DNA from: Camelus ferus
Lineage: Eukaryota
Assembly (NCBI RefSeq): GCF_009834535.1
Contig: NC_045696.1
Location: forward strand, 101,868,001 to 101,928,000
DNA: 60,000 nucleotides
Direction of reading: 5' to 3'
Part shown: in pieces, positions 13,625 through 26,463 of the stretch
Position numbering within the stretch: position 1 is the stretch's first letter
Layout: each line of letters starts with the position of its first letter
Program-made: the position numbers and the translations under genes
The notes under the pieces: generated by a model
Databases searched by the model: none
What the model was told of the DNA's origin: nothing
Seen by the model: the letters and a program-made list of their open reading frames with translations, nothing else

Positions 13625-13755
13625 TAGAGAGCAGCATTCTTAATGCCAGATTCATATGTTTGATATCCTACTTCCTGTACCTTTGGCCAACATTGCTAGT
13701 TAATTTAGGTATTCTTTCCTAACATGATCTCAGAATCCTCATCTATACAAGATTG
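13625..13755 (+). mobile_element. MIR SINE fragment
   Basis: Degenerate tRNA-like head followed by 'ctcagaatcctcatctatacaa'. Confidence 0.4.
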
Positions 13756-13936
13756 GTAGCCCCTCCCAAGCAATCATAATTGGCTTGCAAGATGAAGCCC
13801 ATTTGTTGTCTTTAGTTTGGAAGGTATAACTAACAATTCCCCTTTAAACACTTTTTATTGATGTTTGTATGAAGACATTGAAGCCTTCTTATTAGATTTG
13901 CAGATGACATCATGGTATGGAGATTGACTGTTGTGA

Positions 13937-14150
13937 GAGCAGCTTAGTGTTGTGCAAAGAACATTGGTCTGGGTGCAAGTTCAGACTTTGATCCCCAATG
14001 CGACTCTTCACAAATCGCCTTCCTTCTGTCTGCTTTCCCCTTTTGTAAAATGACTATCATAATTTACCACTTAAGTCTGCAGTGAGAATCTAATTTAATA
14101 TTGGATTTGACAACTGTTATACTATGTCTGATGATATACACATGGAAGTC
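13937..14150 (+). mobile_element. MIR SINE
   Basis: 'gcagcttagtgttgtgcaaagaacattgg...tttccccttttgtaaaatg...gtgagaatctaat'. Confidence 0.55.
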
Positions 14151-14206
14151 AGTGTCATTTTTGTTTTCTTTGGAAAACTGTGAAGTGGAAATATGTTTTG
14201 CTCTTT

Positions 14207-14250
14207 TGTCTTAGTCGTCTAGGGCTGCCGTAACAAAACACAACAGACAT
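14207..14250 (-). mobile_element. short MLT1A-like LTR end fragment
   Basis: 'tgtcttagtcgtctagggctgccgtaacaaaacacaacagac' matches the terminus of the other MLT1A/B copies in this window. Confidence 0.55.
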
Positions 14251-15159
14251 TATCTAAGTGGGGCTGTAGTCAAACAGACAACTCATCTCTAACGGACAAC
14301 TGAAGAAGTGTAGTCCATTAGTCCCAAAGAGCTGGAAAATTCCCTCTTTTCCTATTCCCCACCTTTCCTTTCCCCTGTCTCCTCTTCTCCTTTTTCATCT
14401 CTTTCTCTACTCCTCCTCCTTTGTCCTAACTTCTTCTCTTTCCTCTAGAATGTTTTAGGGGGATATTTGGCCAAAGATCAGGGGTGATTTCGTTTTCTAT
14501 GCCAGGTCTCAAAAAAATTAATAAACTCTTGTGTATAAAGCAGTAGATAAAATGTTCAAAATGCCAAGAGATAATCATTAATCAAGATTTAGAATAAAAT
14601 TGCTTCATTGTCTACTCAAGAAAAGGTGAGGTAATAGATGTTACCTGCACTGGTTTCTCAGCCCTGAAAGAAGAGGCCTTGCTTCTGCCAACTGTTTCAG
14701 AGATCTGAGAAACCTATCCTAGGAAGGAAAGACCCAAAGAGGATCATCCATGGTCAAGATTCATGGCATAACGTGTTCATTCTTTCTCCCCCTTCAGAAG
14801 AGGTGTCTTTCCTTTTTGGACCCAAGAGGGATAATTGACAGTGAGGGCATCATCTGCAGTTTTCCTGTTCTCATTTGTAGTGTTGAGAGGCCAGCTTTCT
14901 TTTCTCTCTGACAAGTTTGCAAGATCACAAGCATGCAAAATTTCTGAACAAAGGGCAAGCTATAAAGCACATTACGCTTTTGTTCTTTTCCCCTTGTTTT
15001 CACTTATGTAAATTACCTCTTGGGAATGGGCCAGTTTAAACTTGCCACATCAGGCTTTCTTAGAGAGTAGATACTCAGGGCATGTGCTCACAAACTGCAC
15101 AGGATCAGGATATTCCCTCTGTGTTTATGAGATTAGGCAGTAACTTGGAAAATAAAAGA

Positions 15160-15292
15160 AAAAGAAATAGAAACATCCTTGTTTAGAGTTGTGTAACAAT
15201 GGAATAGTTTCCTTCACCAAGTAGTGAACTTCCTGACACTGTAAGTATTGAATAAGGGGTGGATGCAACTTTTAGAGACATGGCACTAGAGT
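15160..15292 (+). mobile_element. CR1/L3 (or MIR3) 3' end fragment
   Basis: 'agagttgtgtaacaatggaatagtttccttcaccaagtagtgaacttcctgacactgtaagtattgaataaggggtggatg' resembles the CR1/L3 3' consensus. Confidence 0.6.
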
Positions 15293-17553
15293 TTTCCTCT
15301 ACTTTGGCTCAAATGATATCTGACTGTTCATTGTAACTCTAATATTCATGGATTTTTCTGGTTCTGTATGACATATCAGCAGGGAACAGAGACCACAGAC
15401 AACTGAAATATATAACAAAGTAGTTGAGGAAAACAATATTGAGTATGTAGAGTATATGATCATATGAATTATGACTGTAGGTGCCAGTTCTGACCACAGA
15501 AATTTATCAATACTAACACACAAAGGCTGCCTACTGTCAGTAAGGGCCACCTCAGCTTTTCAGCACCAAGATATTAGGTCAGCCTAGTTTGCATATAGCC
15601 AGTAGTACCAAGAGTGGGAAGAGCAGTAATCCTAGGTGAAACAGTCATAGAAAGGAGCACTTTACTATAGAGAGCAGAAGCCTAGGCTTCTGTGGCTGGA
15701 TGGCCTTGCTCCCTCAGCAGGGGCTCATGCCATTGCTCTGTTTACTACACACTTGAAAGTTGAGGCTCTGACCAGAGATTCTGGATCCCGCTTGACTCTG
15801 ACAGTGCAATTTGCTCCATGACAATAACCCAGACAGTTTCCTGGGAGAAAGAAAGTATTCATACCAACAAGGCAACCAATAGACCAATGCAGCTTCTCAC
15901 CTAGAGACCTCACCCCTCAGCAATGAACGTGTGGGGGAGAAAGGTGCAGGTATTAATGGAAATGGTTCTACATTTGTAACTCTATATAACAGTAAGAGAA
16001 GGTATAATCCACTTAGTAAATCATGACCATGGTTGTTTATTATTCACTGTCCATCTTGACCACCAGGAGCTTTGAGGGAATCATTTCAGTATCTCAGTAC
16101 TTTGGAGTCATTTCCAGGGAGTCCCCTACTCCAAGGTTAGACTTTTCTGAAAATGAGAGGATCCCCAGTGATTATATGAACCAAGGCAAGTCCTGCTTAC
16201 CCCAGACCCAATCCTCTGAGGCCAAGAGGCCATCACTGATGGATTGAGGCTGGCAGGGGGTCCCACTCTGGCTGATTCTGACAATTATAGGACTGAAGAG
16301 GGGAATTAGGAACTTTCATCTTGCCAGTGGTAGGTAGAGTGGGATTGGATGCAGTTTTAGGTTCTGTATTTAGCAAGCCTTGGGCCTCTGTGTATTGAAA
16401 GTTCTGGTCTTCCATTCTGATCAGTCCCTGCTCTAAGGGCCTGGTCAGAGTCAATACTGTTTCTGCCTCAATCTTCTGTTCAGCACTCCAGTTTTCTAGA
16501 GAACCATATATACCAGTACCAGCCCTTAAACCTGGTTAGAAAGGGCCCCTGTCCTGAGCCCTGAACTTTGGACAGGCTGTATATCAGAAGTACCAAATTG
16601 CAAAGACTATGAGAATGTCTTTTGGATGTTTGGTAACTGATAGAACAAGTGAGAATTGTAAGAGAGGAATTTATGAGCTGAACTGGGTGTCCATCCAGCC
16701 CAGAGAATGCAGGGCTGAGAACCCTCACCTGTGAGTGTGGTGGTGAGGGTGGGCGGGGGGGGGTGGGGGTGGGTAGAATAAAATCACAGCCTCTGCCCGG
16801 GGAAACCAGGGAGAGGGGATAGTTTTTATTTGAAGCTAGCTGCTATTCATTCGAAGTGGCATCTGAGCAAACTGGATTCCATCGATAACTGTGCCCCCTC
16901 CCTCTTTTTTGGGAAATGCTAAAAATTCTAAGAAGAAAAAGTCTTTGTCGGGAGGAGGACTGGTCCCCTTCAGCATTCTGGGGAGCTTTTCTGTATCACT
17001 GGGCCTGGGGCCAGTTTCTGCCCTGCCCTGCCCTGCCCCACCCAGCTGATCTGTGTTGGACCGGGAGAGGGGCCATATCCTTTAGCCATCAAGGCTCCAG
17101 GGCAATACCTGGGAAATTAGTGGGAAAGGAGATGCCTGGGAAGAGAATGTGAGCCCCACACTACACTTTCGCTAGTTCCCTGTGCTGGGTTACATGAGGG
17201 GGATTGGACTCTGCTTCTGAGACTCTGGTCCTGGTCTAGGGTCTGACTCAATAAACTGATTACCTAGAAGAACAATATTACTGCCTGCTCTTCTGGGTTT
17301 GACTTGCTCCTGCCTAGAAACTTCTGCTACTATGTTCTTCCTCCCTAGAGTACCCACCTTCATAACATCACCACCATGACCACCACATTGAACCATCCTG
17401 GATAACTTGGTCAGCTTGAGCTAATCCCCTTTTTGCCTTGGAATATTGGATATTAAGTAAAATCAATCTCCCTTAACCCCATTTCCTACCAGGCCTAGTT
17501 CCCTAGTGAAAAAAAAAAGATTTCAGGCCAGGTAAAAATTGTGGGTTAGTCAC

Positions 17554-17931
17554 TGACGTTAGTTTTCTAGGGCTGCCGTAGCAAAGTACCACACACTGGG
17601 TAGCTTAAACAACAGAAATTTATTTTCTCACAATTTTGGAGTCTAAAATTTCAAGTTAAAAAGTTGATAGGATTGGCTTCTCCTGAGGCCTCTCTTCTTG
17701 GCTTGCAGATGCCTGCCTTCTTGCAGTGACTTTCCTCTGTGGGCCCACATCCCTGGTATCTCCCTTCTCTTATAAGGACACCAGGCATATTGGATTAGAG
17801 TCTACCCTAATGATTTCATCTTCACTTGGTTACTTCTTTAAAGACTATCTACAAATACAGTTACATTGTGTACTAGAGGTTAGGATTTCTCATCTATACA
17901 TTTTGGAGGCAATGCATTTTAGCCCATAACT
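17554..17931 (-). mobile_element. MLT1B-like MaLR solo LTR with exact 5-bp TSD GTCAC, inserted in a MIR
   Basis: 'agggctgccgtagcaaagtaccacacactgggtagcttaaacaacagaaatttatt', 'cttataaggacaccagg'; GTCAC at 17549-17553 and 17932-17936. Confidence 0.9.
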
Positions 17932-18095
17932 GTCACTTATCAACTATGTGACCTTGGGAAAGTTACTCACTCTGAGTCTCAGTTTCTACAATTGTAAAAT
18001 GGAGAGAGGCATAACCACCCTATGAGGTTATTATGGAAATTAAATACATACTACATATAAATAACAACAATGATCCTTGGCACTGAGTAGAACCA
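17932..18095 (+). mobile_element. MIR SINE (3' part; 5' part about 17500-17553)
   Basis: 'tatgtgaccttgggaaagttactcactctgagtctcagtttctacaattgtaaaatgg'. Confidence 0.8.
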
Positions 18096-19335
18096 GAGAC
18101 CCTTGGATGCCAACTTGACTACTGTGGGGTGGATGAATGTGTGATTAACAGCTCTGCTAACTCAAACCACGCATACTATGGTGTCTGTGCGAATGTGAGT
18201 AGAAAACATGTGACTTCTGGATAACCACTCATGTACGTGCCTTTCTAGTGTCTGATACAAGTATTTATAATTTAGTTTGAAGAAATAGCCCTATACAATT
18301 TCAGAAATGAAAGTTACAATCAAATTCAGGTGTTAGAAAATGAAGGAAGGCTTGTTTCCATTTTGGCACAGTTTTTTGTTACTCTTTCAACATTTTAACT
18401 TTTGAGTGAATCAATTCAAATTATGTTCCCTAATGGTCTTTGGTGTGCATTTTACAAATTGAAGAAACAGAAAAAAATAGGAAAGAGTCTACCATTGATA
18501 TAATAGGTTTCAGTTTTCTTTTATCTTTTTTAGTATATTGTTTTTGAAGTAGACTCCCACAGGAATAGAATTTCCTTCATGAAATTTGAAATGAAACTGC
18601 AGCATTCCTCACACAGAGAAGGCCGTGTGATTCCAAACATGCTTCCCATTCATCTCCATAATGAGAATGGATTTTCCGTGACATCACCCTGAGAAATGTG
18701 AGCATCGTGGCTGGGGTGATCGAATAGGGCAAGATCCATTTTGGGGAAAAACAACAACAGCAAAGAGAAAATAAGTTACCAGAAAAGTTGCTTTTCCTTA
18801 GTGTCCTTTGCTATGCATAACTGGTAATTCCCAGAGGCTCTGGTCAGGGGCTTGTCTGGGGACAGGGCTGAGTTGAGCCCATTATAATGCAAGTCTTCAG
18901 GACAACTCAGGAGGAGTGGTCAGGCCCAAAGCTGTTCCTGAAGCCTGACTTAGAAGACTAGGTGTTTGGGCCTGAGAAAGAGTGTTTCACTCCATGGGCA
19001 TAAGCACACCAAGTTAGCAGGAAAAGGAGGCCCCACGCTGCTAGTTTGGTGTCTTTCTCTAAACAGTCTGGGGTTATTTCCAGGACGTCTTGAACTCATT
19101 TTTGGCAGCCTTTCCCCATTCTATCCGGTGATATAGTTCTGTTGCCCTGGCAGCTAGTCTGAGATGTGCAGATAGCTTTCCAAATGCCCTTTTGCCTTCC
19201 ATCCACTTTCCCTGTCTCCCTGACAGGCTCAGGGCCAGGCCTCCTTAATGGTCTCCCCGGCCTTTCCTAAAGTCATGCTTTACACTGAAATCAAAGTGTC
19301 CTATAGATAAAACTCCAGATCCTTTCTTGAGCATG

Positions 19336-19525
19336 TAGCGATGCCAGATAAAATACAAGATGCCCAATTAAAATTAAATTTTAGATAACCAACAAATAAA
19401 TTTTAGTATAACTATGTCCCATGCAATACTTGGGACATACTTATACTACAATGTTATTTATTATTTATCTGAAATTAAAGTTTACTTGGATGTTCTGTAT
19501 TTTTATATGCTAAATCTGAGGAATC
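19336..19525. mobile_element. MER53 palindromic DNA transposon (MITE)
   Basis: 'gccagataaaatacaagatgcccaattaaa...agtataactatgtcccatgcaatacttgggacatacttatact...aaatctg'; long imperfect inverted repeat. Confidence 0.9.
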
Positions 19526-19620
19526 AGGGCCCTGCATACTCTGGCCTAACCTTGCTTTAACCTCTGTGGATTTTACAAGTTTTCTCTGTTGCTCAGCTGC
19601 TTGCAGCTCACTCAATAAGG

Positions 19621-20072
19621 CTGCTTAGTCTGGATTCCCCAGAGCAGAACCTGTGACAAGGACTGGAGTGAAAGCACTTTATTTGAGAAGTGCAGAAAAC
19701 ACTGGTAGGGAGTAGGAAAACGACACAGGAAAAGGAAGCCCGTGCCCACAGTGGGGTTTGGAGCTAAATCCTTGGTGAAATTCTAGGAAATACTGTAAAA
19801 CACTCTCAGAATTATCCCACCGGAAGGGAGAAGAAACGGGGGTGTTTTCATATAAACTGCACCACTCTGTCATTGGTTGAAGTCTGCTGCTGGCCATGTC
19901 AAGCCTCTCAAGCTTTTTACCAGGATTTCCTACAAGAGAGAAGAGCCTTCTGCCACCTGGGAGAAAACTCTCAGGTGGAGCTGTAGATACAGGCAGGTGA
20001 AAATACACTGGAGAATTGGAAAATTTTCAAGCCCAAGGGATACTGACAGGGCAGCCACAGGCCTGCGATACA
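19621..20072 (-). mobile_element. LTR16-like ERVL solo LTR
   Basis: 'ggattccccagagcagaacctgtgacaagga...tttatttgagaagtg...cagaattatcccacc...tcattggttgaag'. Confidence 0.75.
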
Positions 20073-20282
20073 GATAATGCTTTTCATCTTTTAAGTCCCT
20101 TTTCTTTGATAATCTTAGATGCCTCTCATCTTCCCACTGCCCTTTGTTCTATTCACTCTGTAGTATTCAATTTATATGTCACTTCTGGAGGAATTCCTCC
20201 CCACCATTACACCCACTCATACATCCAAAATTCAAGTACTTCCCCATCTGTGTGCTAACATCTAATACAACTCTTAGCGTGA

Positions 20283-20826
20283 TTTTCTTTTTCTTTTCTT
20301 TTCTTCTTCTTTTTTAACTGAGGTATAGTTATTTTATAGTATTATATTAGTTTCAGGTGTACAGCATAGTGATTGAGTATTTTTGCAGATTGTACTCCAC
20401 TATAGGTGATTATGGCTATATATAATGGCTATGCTATATAGTATATCTTTGTTGCTTATCTATTTTATGTGTAATAGTTTGTATCTGTTAATCCCATACC
20501 CCTAATATGTCCCTTCCTTCTTCTTTCTCCCCTTTCATAACCATAAGTTTATTTTCTGTAACTGTGAGTCTGTTTCTGCTTTGCATAAATATTCATTTGT
20601 ATTATTTTAAAAATTCCACATATGAATGATATCAGAAGGTGTTTGTCTTTTTCCGTCTGGCTTATTTTACTAAGCATAATATTCTCCACGTTGTGGCAAA
20701 TGGCAGTTTTTTTTTAATGGCTGAGTAATGTTCCATTGTATATATATACATATCTCATCTTAATCCAATCATCTATTGGGCACTTGGGTTGCTTCCATAT
20801 CTTAGCTATTGTAAGTAGTACTGCTT
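20283..20826 (-). mobile_element. 5'-truncated cetartiodactyl-type L1 3' end
   Basis: T-rich tail, 'tttcaggtgtacagcatagtgatt', 'tgtgagtctgtttctg', 'gttgcttccatatcttagctattgtaa'. Confidence 0.85.
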
Positions 20827-21599
20827 TTCAGCTAATTTAGTTATGAGCATATGTCAAAGTTCATTACAACTTTGCTTCAGGGAAAAAGCCTACGAAAGAT
20901 TATGCTGGCTAAAAATTATTTTTTGGTAAGAAATTTTATAGTTAAAATAATGATTAGATAATTATTGCTGAATCAGATCAAAATGAAAAGAACATTTGGT
21001 AAAAGTTCACCAAACTCTTGACTGACAGTCATCATGATAATGGGTTACTTGATTCCCTAAGGCAACTTTTTACCTATTAAAATTTGTAGGGAAATTATTT
21101 AAAAATTAATCAAAATTAATACTTTCTCCCCAAAAAAGTGATGAATTACATCACTCAAAACATGTTCTTTCTTGGATCAGATTGGGAACAACTTCTTTTC
21201 AAAATGTGATTACATATTTTCTTCTCTCTTGCCTCCCTCTAATTTCTTGAGGTTGGTGATTATATCTGGTTCCTGTTATATTCTTAGTAACTAATACAAT
21301 TACAAAGCTTTTAATATACAAGGGACTGAATAAATTCATGTTGAATAAATATTTATTATTCTAAATACTAGTAATCTGGTCCTAGCCTGGTAACATAACC
21401 TTGAATCTTGCTTCTCTGCAAGATCCCTAATCAAAAATATGTTTCCAAAAAATTAATTCAGCAGGTACTACTGGTATACAGCTCAGCAAGTAAGGATCCT
21501 AGAAGTCACCTAACAATAAGTAAAAACATGAACAAATCAATAACTCTTGATCTTTCAGAGCAGTAAGGTTACAGGGTAATCTACTGCCCCCAAAATCAG

Positions 21600-21960
21600 T
21601 GTCTTATAAGTTTGGGCTGCTACAAAAATGTCATAAACTGTGTGACTTGAACAACAAACATTTATTTCTCACAATTCTAGAGGAAGATCAAGATCATGGC
21701 ATCAGCAGGTTTCATGTCTGGTGAGAGCCCACTACCTGGTTCTTAGATGGTTGAATTCTTGCTGTGTCCAGACATAGCTGGGAAGGGCAAGAGATCTCTC
21801 TGAATTCTCTTTTATAAAGACACTAATCCCATTCATGAGGGCTCCACCCTTATGACCTACCTAATCATCTCCCAAGGTCCCCACTTTCAAATACCATCGT
21901 ATTGGAAGTTAGAATTCAACATACGAGTTTTGAGAGAACACAAATATTCAATCTATGACT
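21600..21960 (-). mobile_element. MLT1A-type LTR (3' LTR of the MaLR element)
   Basis: 'aacaacaaacatttatttctcacaattctag...cactaatcccattcatgagggctccacccttatgacc'; adjoins a polypurine tract on the minus strand. Confidence 0.85.
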
Positions 21961-23303
21961 TTCCACTCCTGACCTCCCAAAATTTATGTCCTTCTCACAT
22001 GCAAAATACATTCATTCCATCCCAACAACCCCAAATGTCTTAACTTGTTCTAACATCAACTCTAAAGTCTAAATGCAAAGTCTTCGCTAAATATCATCTA
22101 AATCAGAAATGGGTGATTTACCCTGACACAAATTCCTCTACAGTTGTGAATCTGTCAAATCAAAAAATTGGCGTGCTTCTAAAATACAGTGGTGGGACAG
22201 GCATAGAATAGACATTTTCATTCCAGAAGGGAGAATTAGGAAAGAAAGAGCCTAATGGGTTCAAAGTGAGTCCAAAACCTAACAGGGCTAAAAACATTAA
22301 ACATTGAGGCTCAAGAATAATTCTCTTTGGCTCAATGTTCTACCCTCTGATCCCACTGGGGTAGCAACATTGCCCTCAAAGACTCAGTGGGGTGTTGTTT
22401 ATCCTATGCTGTCTGCAGTGGCCCTGCCCTTGCTGCTCTCTGCTGGGGCCCTATCATTGAGGCATTGAGCAGGGGCATCCTAGCCCATCTGAACTAGAGA
22501 AGTAGCCTCACCCTTTGAAGCAGTTCTGCTACCTGGGCTCTTTCATTCTGGGACTGTGGTGGAAGTGGCAGCTCTGATGATCTCTGAATCACTTTGTGGA
22601 GGAGGTGTTTTCATTCTTCCCCTGTCTTGGAAAATAGTGCCTGGCTTTTGTTGAGATGTTCTTTTAGGGCCATGGTTCATATCCATGGTTGTACCCTTAA
22701 TGTTCTCTTCAGAATATGCTTTCTATTTTTTTATAATATGGATAGGCTGAGAATTTTCCAGATCTTTAAGTTTCAGTTCTTTTTTGCTTAACAATTCCAT
22801 TTTTGAAGGACTTCTTTCTTGTCACATCTTGTGACCAGCAGCCTGAAAGAACCAGGCCACTCCTTCAACATTTTGTTTAGAGATCTCATCAGCAAAATAT
22901 CCAATTCTATTGCTCACATGTTCCACCTTCTACAAAACACTACAACATGAATATAAATCAGCCAAGTTCTTCGCCATTTTATAACAAGGATTGCCTTTTC
23001 TCTAGTTTCCAATAATACATTCCTTATTTCCATCTGAGATCTCATCAGAATGGCCTTTACCATCCATGTTTTTACCAATATTCTGTTCAGGGTTACTTAA
23101 GTATTTTCTAAGATGACTGGAGCTTTCTCTATGCTCTATTCTTTTCTTTCTGACCCCACCAGAATTACCTTTAATGATCCATTCATAATGTAGTATGTAT
23201 CTCAGAACTCTTTCAGCCTCTATTCATTACCCAGTTCCAAAGCTGCTTCCACATTTTTTTGGTATTTGTAACAGCAGCACTCCCTTTTTGTAGTACCAAT
23301 TTC
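21961..23303 (-). mobile_element. MLT1A-type MaLR internal region
   Basis: 'cacatgcaaaatacattcattccatccc', 'gccaagttcttcgccattttataacaagg', 'cccagttccaaagctgcttccacatt'; PBS-like GAAATTGGTAC on the minus strand at 23293-23303. Confidence 0.85.
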
Positions 23304-23737
23304 TGTTAAGAGAGAGAGAGATTTATTATGAGGAATTGGCTCATGTGATTATAGAGGATGAGAGGTCCCAGTCTGCTGTCTGTGAGCTGGAGACCTAAGC
23401 TGGCAATGTAATTCGGTCTGAGTCTGAAGGCCTAAGAAGCTGGGGAGCCAATGGTATAAATCTCATTCTGAGGGCTGGAGATGAAATGAGATGTACCAGC
23501 TGAAACAGTGAAGCAGATAAAAAGGGCAAATTTCTCCTTCCTCTGTCCTTCATTCTATTCAGGTCCTCATTAAATTGGATTATGCTCACCCACATTGGGG
23601 AGGGCAACCTATTTTATGGAATCCACTGGTTCAAATGCTTATCTCATTTGGAAATACCCTCAAAGACACCCAGAAATGATGTTTAATCACCAGGTACTCC
23701 ATGGCCAGAGAAGTTGATGTATAAAATTAACTGTCAA
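23304..23737 (-). mobile_element. MLT2B-type ERVL LTR occupying the 5' LTR position of the MaLR element
   Basis: 'gagatttattatgaggaattggctcatgtgatt', 'cccacattggggagggcaa', 'gacacccagaaatgatgttt', 'ataaaattaactgtca'. Confidence 0.85.
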
Positions 23738-25578
23738 ATTGGAGAGACAGAGAGATACAGAGAATCACAACTAACTGAATCAGCAACCCATGAGAATTGG
23801 TGCCAACACAAGAAAATCTAAACTGTAACTGATGAATTATTAGAGACTTAGTGTGGACAAGTCTGAGAATTGGAAACTCTAGGGAGGCCCAGTCATAGGA
23901 AGGCCCCACAATATTTTGAGATTTACCCCAAGACCTCTACCATGTCTTCACAGTGAATATCAGAGGCAAATCTCCTCTGGCTTCCAGCAGGGAGAGAGGA
24001 AAAGGAACCATCTGCAAATATACCAGAGCATTCTGTTCTTAACAAATTCTGCCCTCAGGAGAAATTATTTTACCAGAGCCTAACTGGCTGGGAGTTTGTC
24101 AGAGCCTCATCTACCTGGAGGAAGGGAAATAACCAAATCCAGTTGACTAGTGTTCTACATGAGGGAAAGGAAGTATTCAACTCCTGCCCCTTCTTGCCGT
24201 CCTATCCCACATGAGGTAGGGGGACAGGGAATGAGAATCACTAGTGAAGTTTACAGTCCAGGGTCAGAGGCTTACCAAAAGACTGAAACCTAATCATAAG
24301 ACTGTAGAATGTTTCCCTCCATACACAACTTATAACTTACCATTACATTACTGAAGGTCTATTTACCATGGTTGTTTTTGCAGAGTGCATTATATCCACC
24401 TTTCAAAATTACAAGCACCAAAAGGCAAAAAACAAAGTTTGAAGAGAGTGAATAAGCATCAGAACCAGATTCAGTTATGGCAGGAATGTTGTACTTATCA
24501 GACCAGGAATATTTTTTAAAGCTATGATTAATATGCTGAGGGCTTTAATGGAAAAGTAGACATGTGTAAGAACAAATAGATAGGGTAAACAGATGGAAAT
24601 TGTAGGAAAGAATAAAAAATGCTAGAGATCAAAAAAACTGTAATAAAAATGAAGAATTCCTCTGATAGACTCATTAGTAGACTGGACACAGCAGAGGAAA
24701 TAATCTCTGAGCTTGAGGATATGACAATAGAAGTTTCCAAAACAAAGAGAAAAAGGACTGAAAAGAAAAACCAGAATAAAAGGTGGGATCAAGATGGCAG
24801 AGTAGGAAGATCCTGAGCTTATCTCCTACAGATACACCAAAACTACAGCTACGTATAGGGCAACTCTCTCTGAGGACAACCTAAAGACTAGCAGACTAGC
24901 TTTTCAACAATTTAAAGATGTAAAGAAAAAACCACATTGAGGTGGGAGGGGCAGAGATTTAATCTAATCTGGATCCACAACCCCAGCATGGCAGCCCACA
25001 AGTGAAAGGAGATATCACAAACAGAGGTCCTCTGTGAGGAGTAAGGAGTTCCAGCCTCACACTGGGCACCCCAAACTTAGAGACTGGCACTGGGAAGACA
25101 AGTACCTGTAACTGACTTTGAAGCCAGCAGTGCTTACATCTGGGAGAGCTGGAAATCTGTAGGAAATTGAGACTCTATCTTTAAAGGACTTGTGCACAAA
25201 CTCATTCTTTTTGAATCCCAATGCAGTTTGAAAAGAACCTTTTGCTTTAGCTAGACAGTCAAGGCTGACAGCCTGCCCCTGGTCCACACCAACTCCAGCA
25301 CCAGCTGTCCCAAAGCAACAGTACTGGCGCACACTGGGAAAGCCTCTAGTCAGCACACACTCCAGCTCCAGTCACTTCTCCATAGTGGGACTGGCCTGGC
25401 CTCCTAAGTGCCAGGACTCCCCTAGCCTATGCCTGCTCCAGCCCCAACTGGCCTGCCAAAGCTACCTGGTACATTCAGTCTATATGGGGGATGCTCCTAC
25501 ATAAGGCCATACCTTCAAGACTGGGAGAGGTAACTGTTTCACTTAATTCATAAAAACAAACACAGAAAGTCAAACAAA

Positions 25579-26463
25579 ATGAGAAGACACCAGAATTGTT
25601 CCAAATGAAAGAACAAGATAAAACCCCAGGGGGAAAAAAACCCCTAATGAAACAAAGATTAGTAATTTACCTGATAAAGAGTTTAAAAGGAATAGTCATA
25701 AAAATGCTCACTGAACTGAGGAGAAGAATAGAAGAACACAGGATGTCAACAGAGAGTTAGAAAATATAAAAAAGAACCATTCAGGGCTGAAGAATAAAAT
25801 AATGAAAATGAAAATATGCTAGAAGTTATCAACAGCAGATTAGATGATACAGAAGAATGTGTAAGCAACCTGGAAGACAGAATAGTGGGAAATCACCCAA
25901 CCAGAATAACAAAAAGAAAAAAGAATTTTTAAAAATGAAGATCATTTAAGGGGGTCTAGGAAAACATCAAGCATATTAACATTTGCATTATAGGCGTCCT
26001 AGAAGGAGAAGAGAGAGAGAAAGGGACAGAAAACTTACTTGAAGAAATAATGGTTGAAAAATTCTCTACCCTAAGGAAGGAAACAGATATACAGGTCCAG
26101 AAATCACAGAGAGTCCCAAATAAAATGAACCCCAAGAGCCACATCAAGACATATAACTAAAATGACTAAAGTTACAAAGAAATAATTTTAAAGGAAGCAA
26201 GAGAAAAACAATAAACTACATAAAAGGGAACCCCAATAAGGCTATCAGCTGATTTTTCAGCAGAAACTTTGCAGGCCAGAAGGGAGTGACTTGATACATT
26301 TAATATGCTGAAAGGAAATAAATTACAACTAAGAATACTCTACCCAGTAAGTCTATCATTCAGCATTGAAGGAGAGATAAAGACTTTCTCAGATAAGCAA
26401 AACTAAAAAGAGTTCATCACCACTAACCTGACCTTACAAGAACGGTTTAATGGTCTTAAGTAG
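25579..26463 (+). pseudogene. degenerate L1 ORF1
   Basis: ORF1 motifs such as 'gaagaaataatggttgaaaaattc', 'ataaggctatcagctgatttttcagcagaaactttgcaggccagaagggag' (IRLSADFSAETLQARRE); frameshifts and stops. Confidence 0.85.

Larger units (their letters stand above)
21470..24780 (+). mobile_element. old L1MC-type 5' end (5' UTR plus ORF1 start), split by the MaLR element at 21600-23737 and cut by the L1 at 24781
   Basis: 'cagggtaatctactgcccccaaaat' resumes as 'ggagagacagagagatacagagaatcaca'; ORF1-like peptide MKNSSDRLISRLDTAEEIISELED at 24619-24780. Confidence 0.75.

Noticed and set aside
16030..17480. Possible very old LTR/Gypsy-type remnants in the GC-richer segment
   Set aside because: Only a vague LTR-like character (AATAAA near 17250); no termini or family motif I can support
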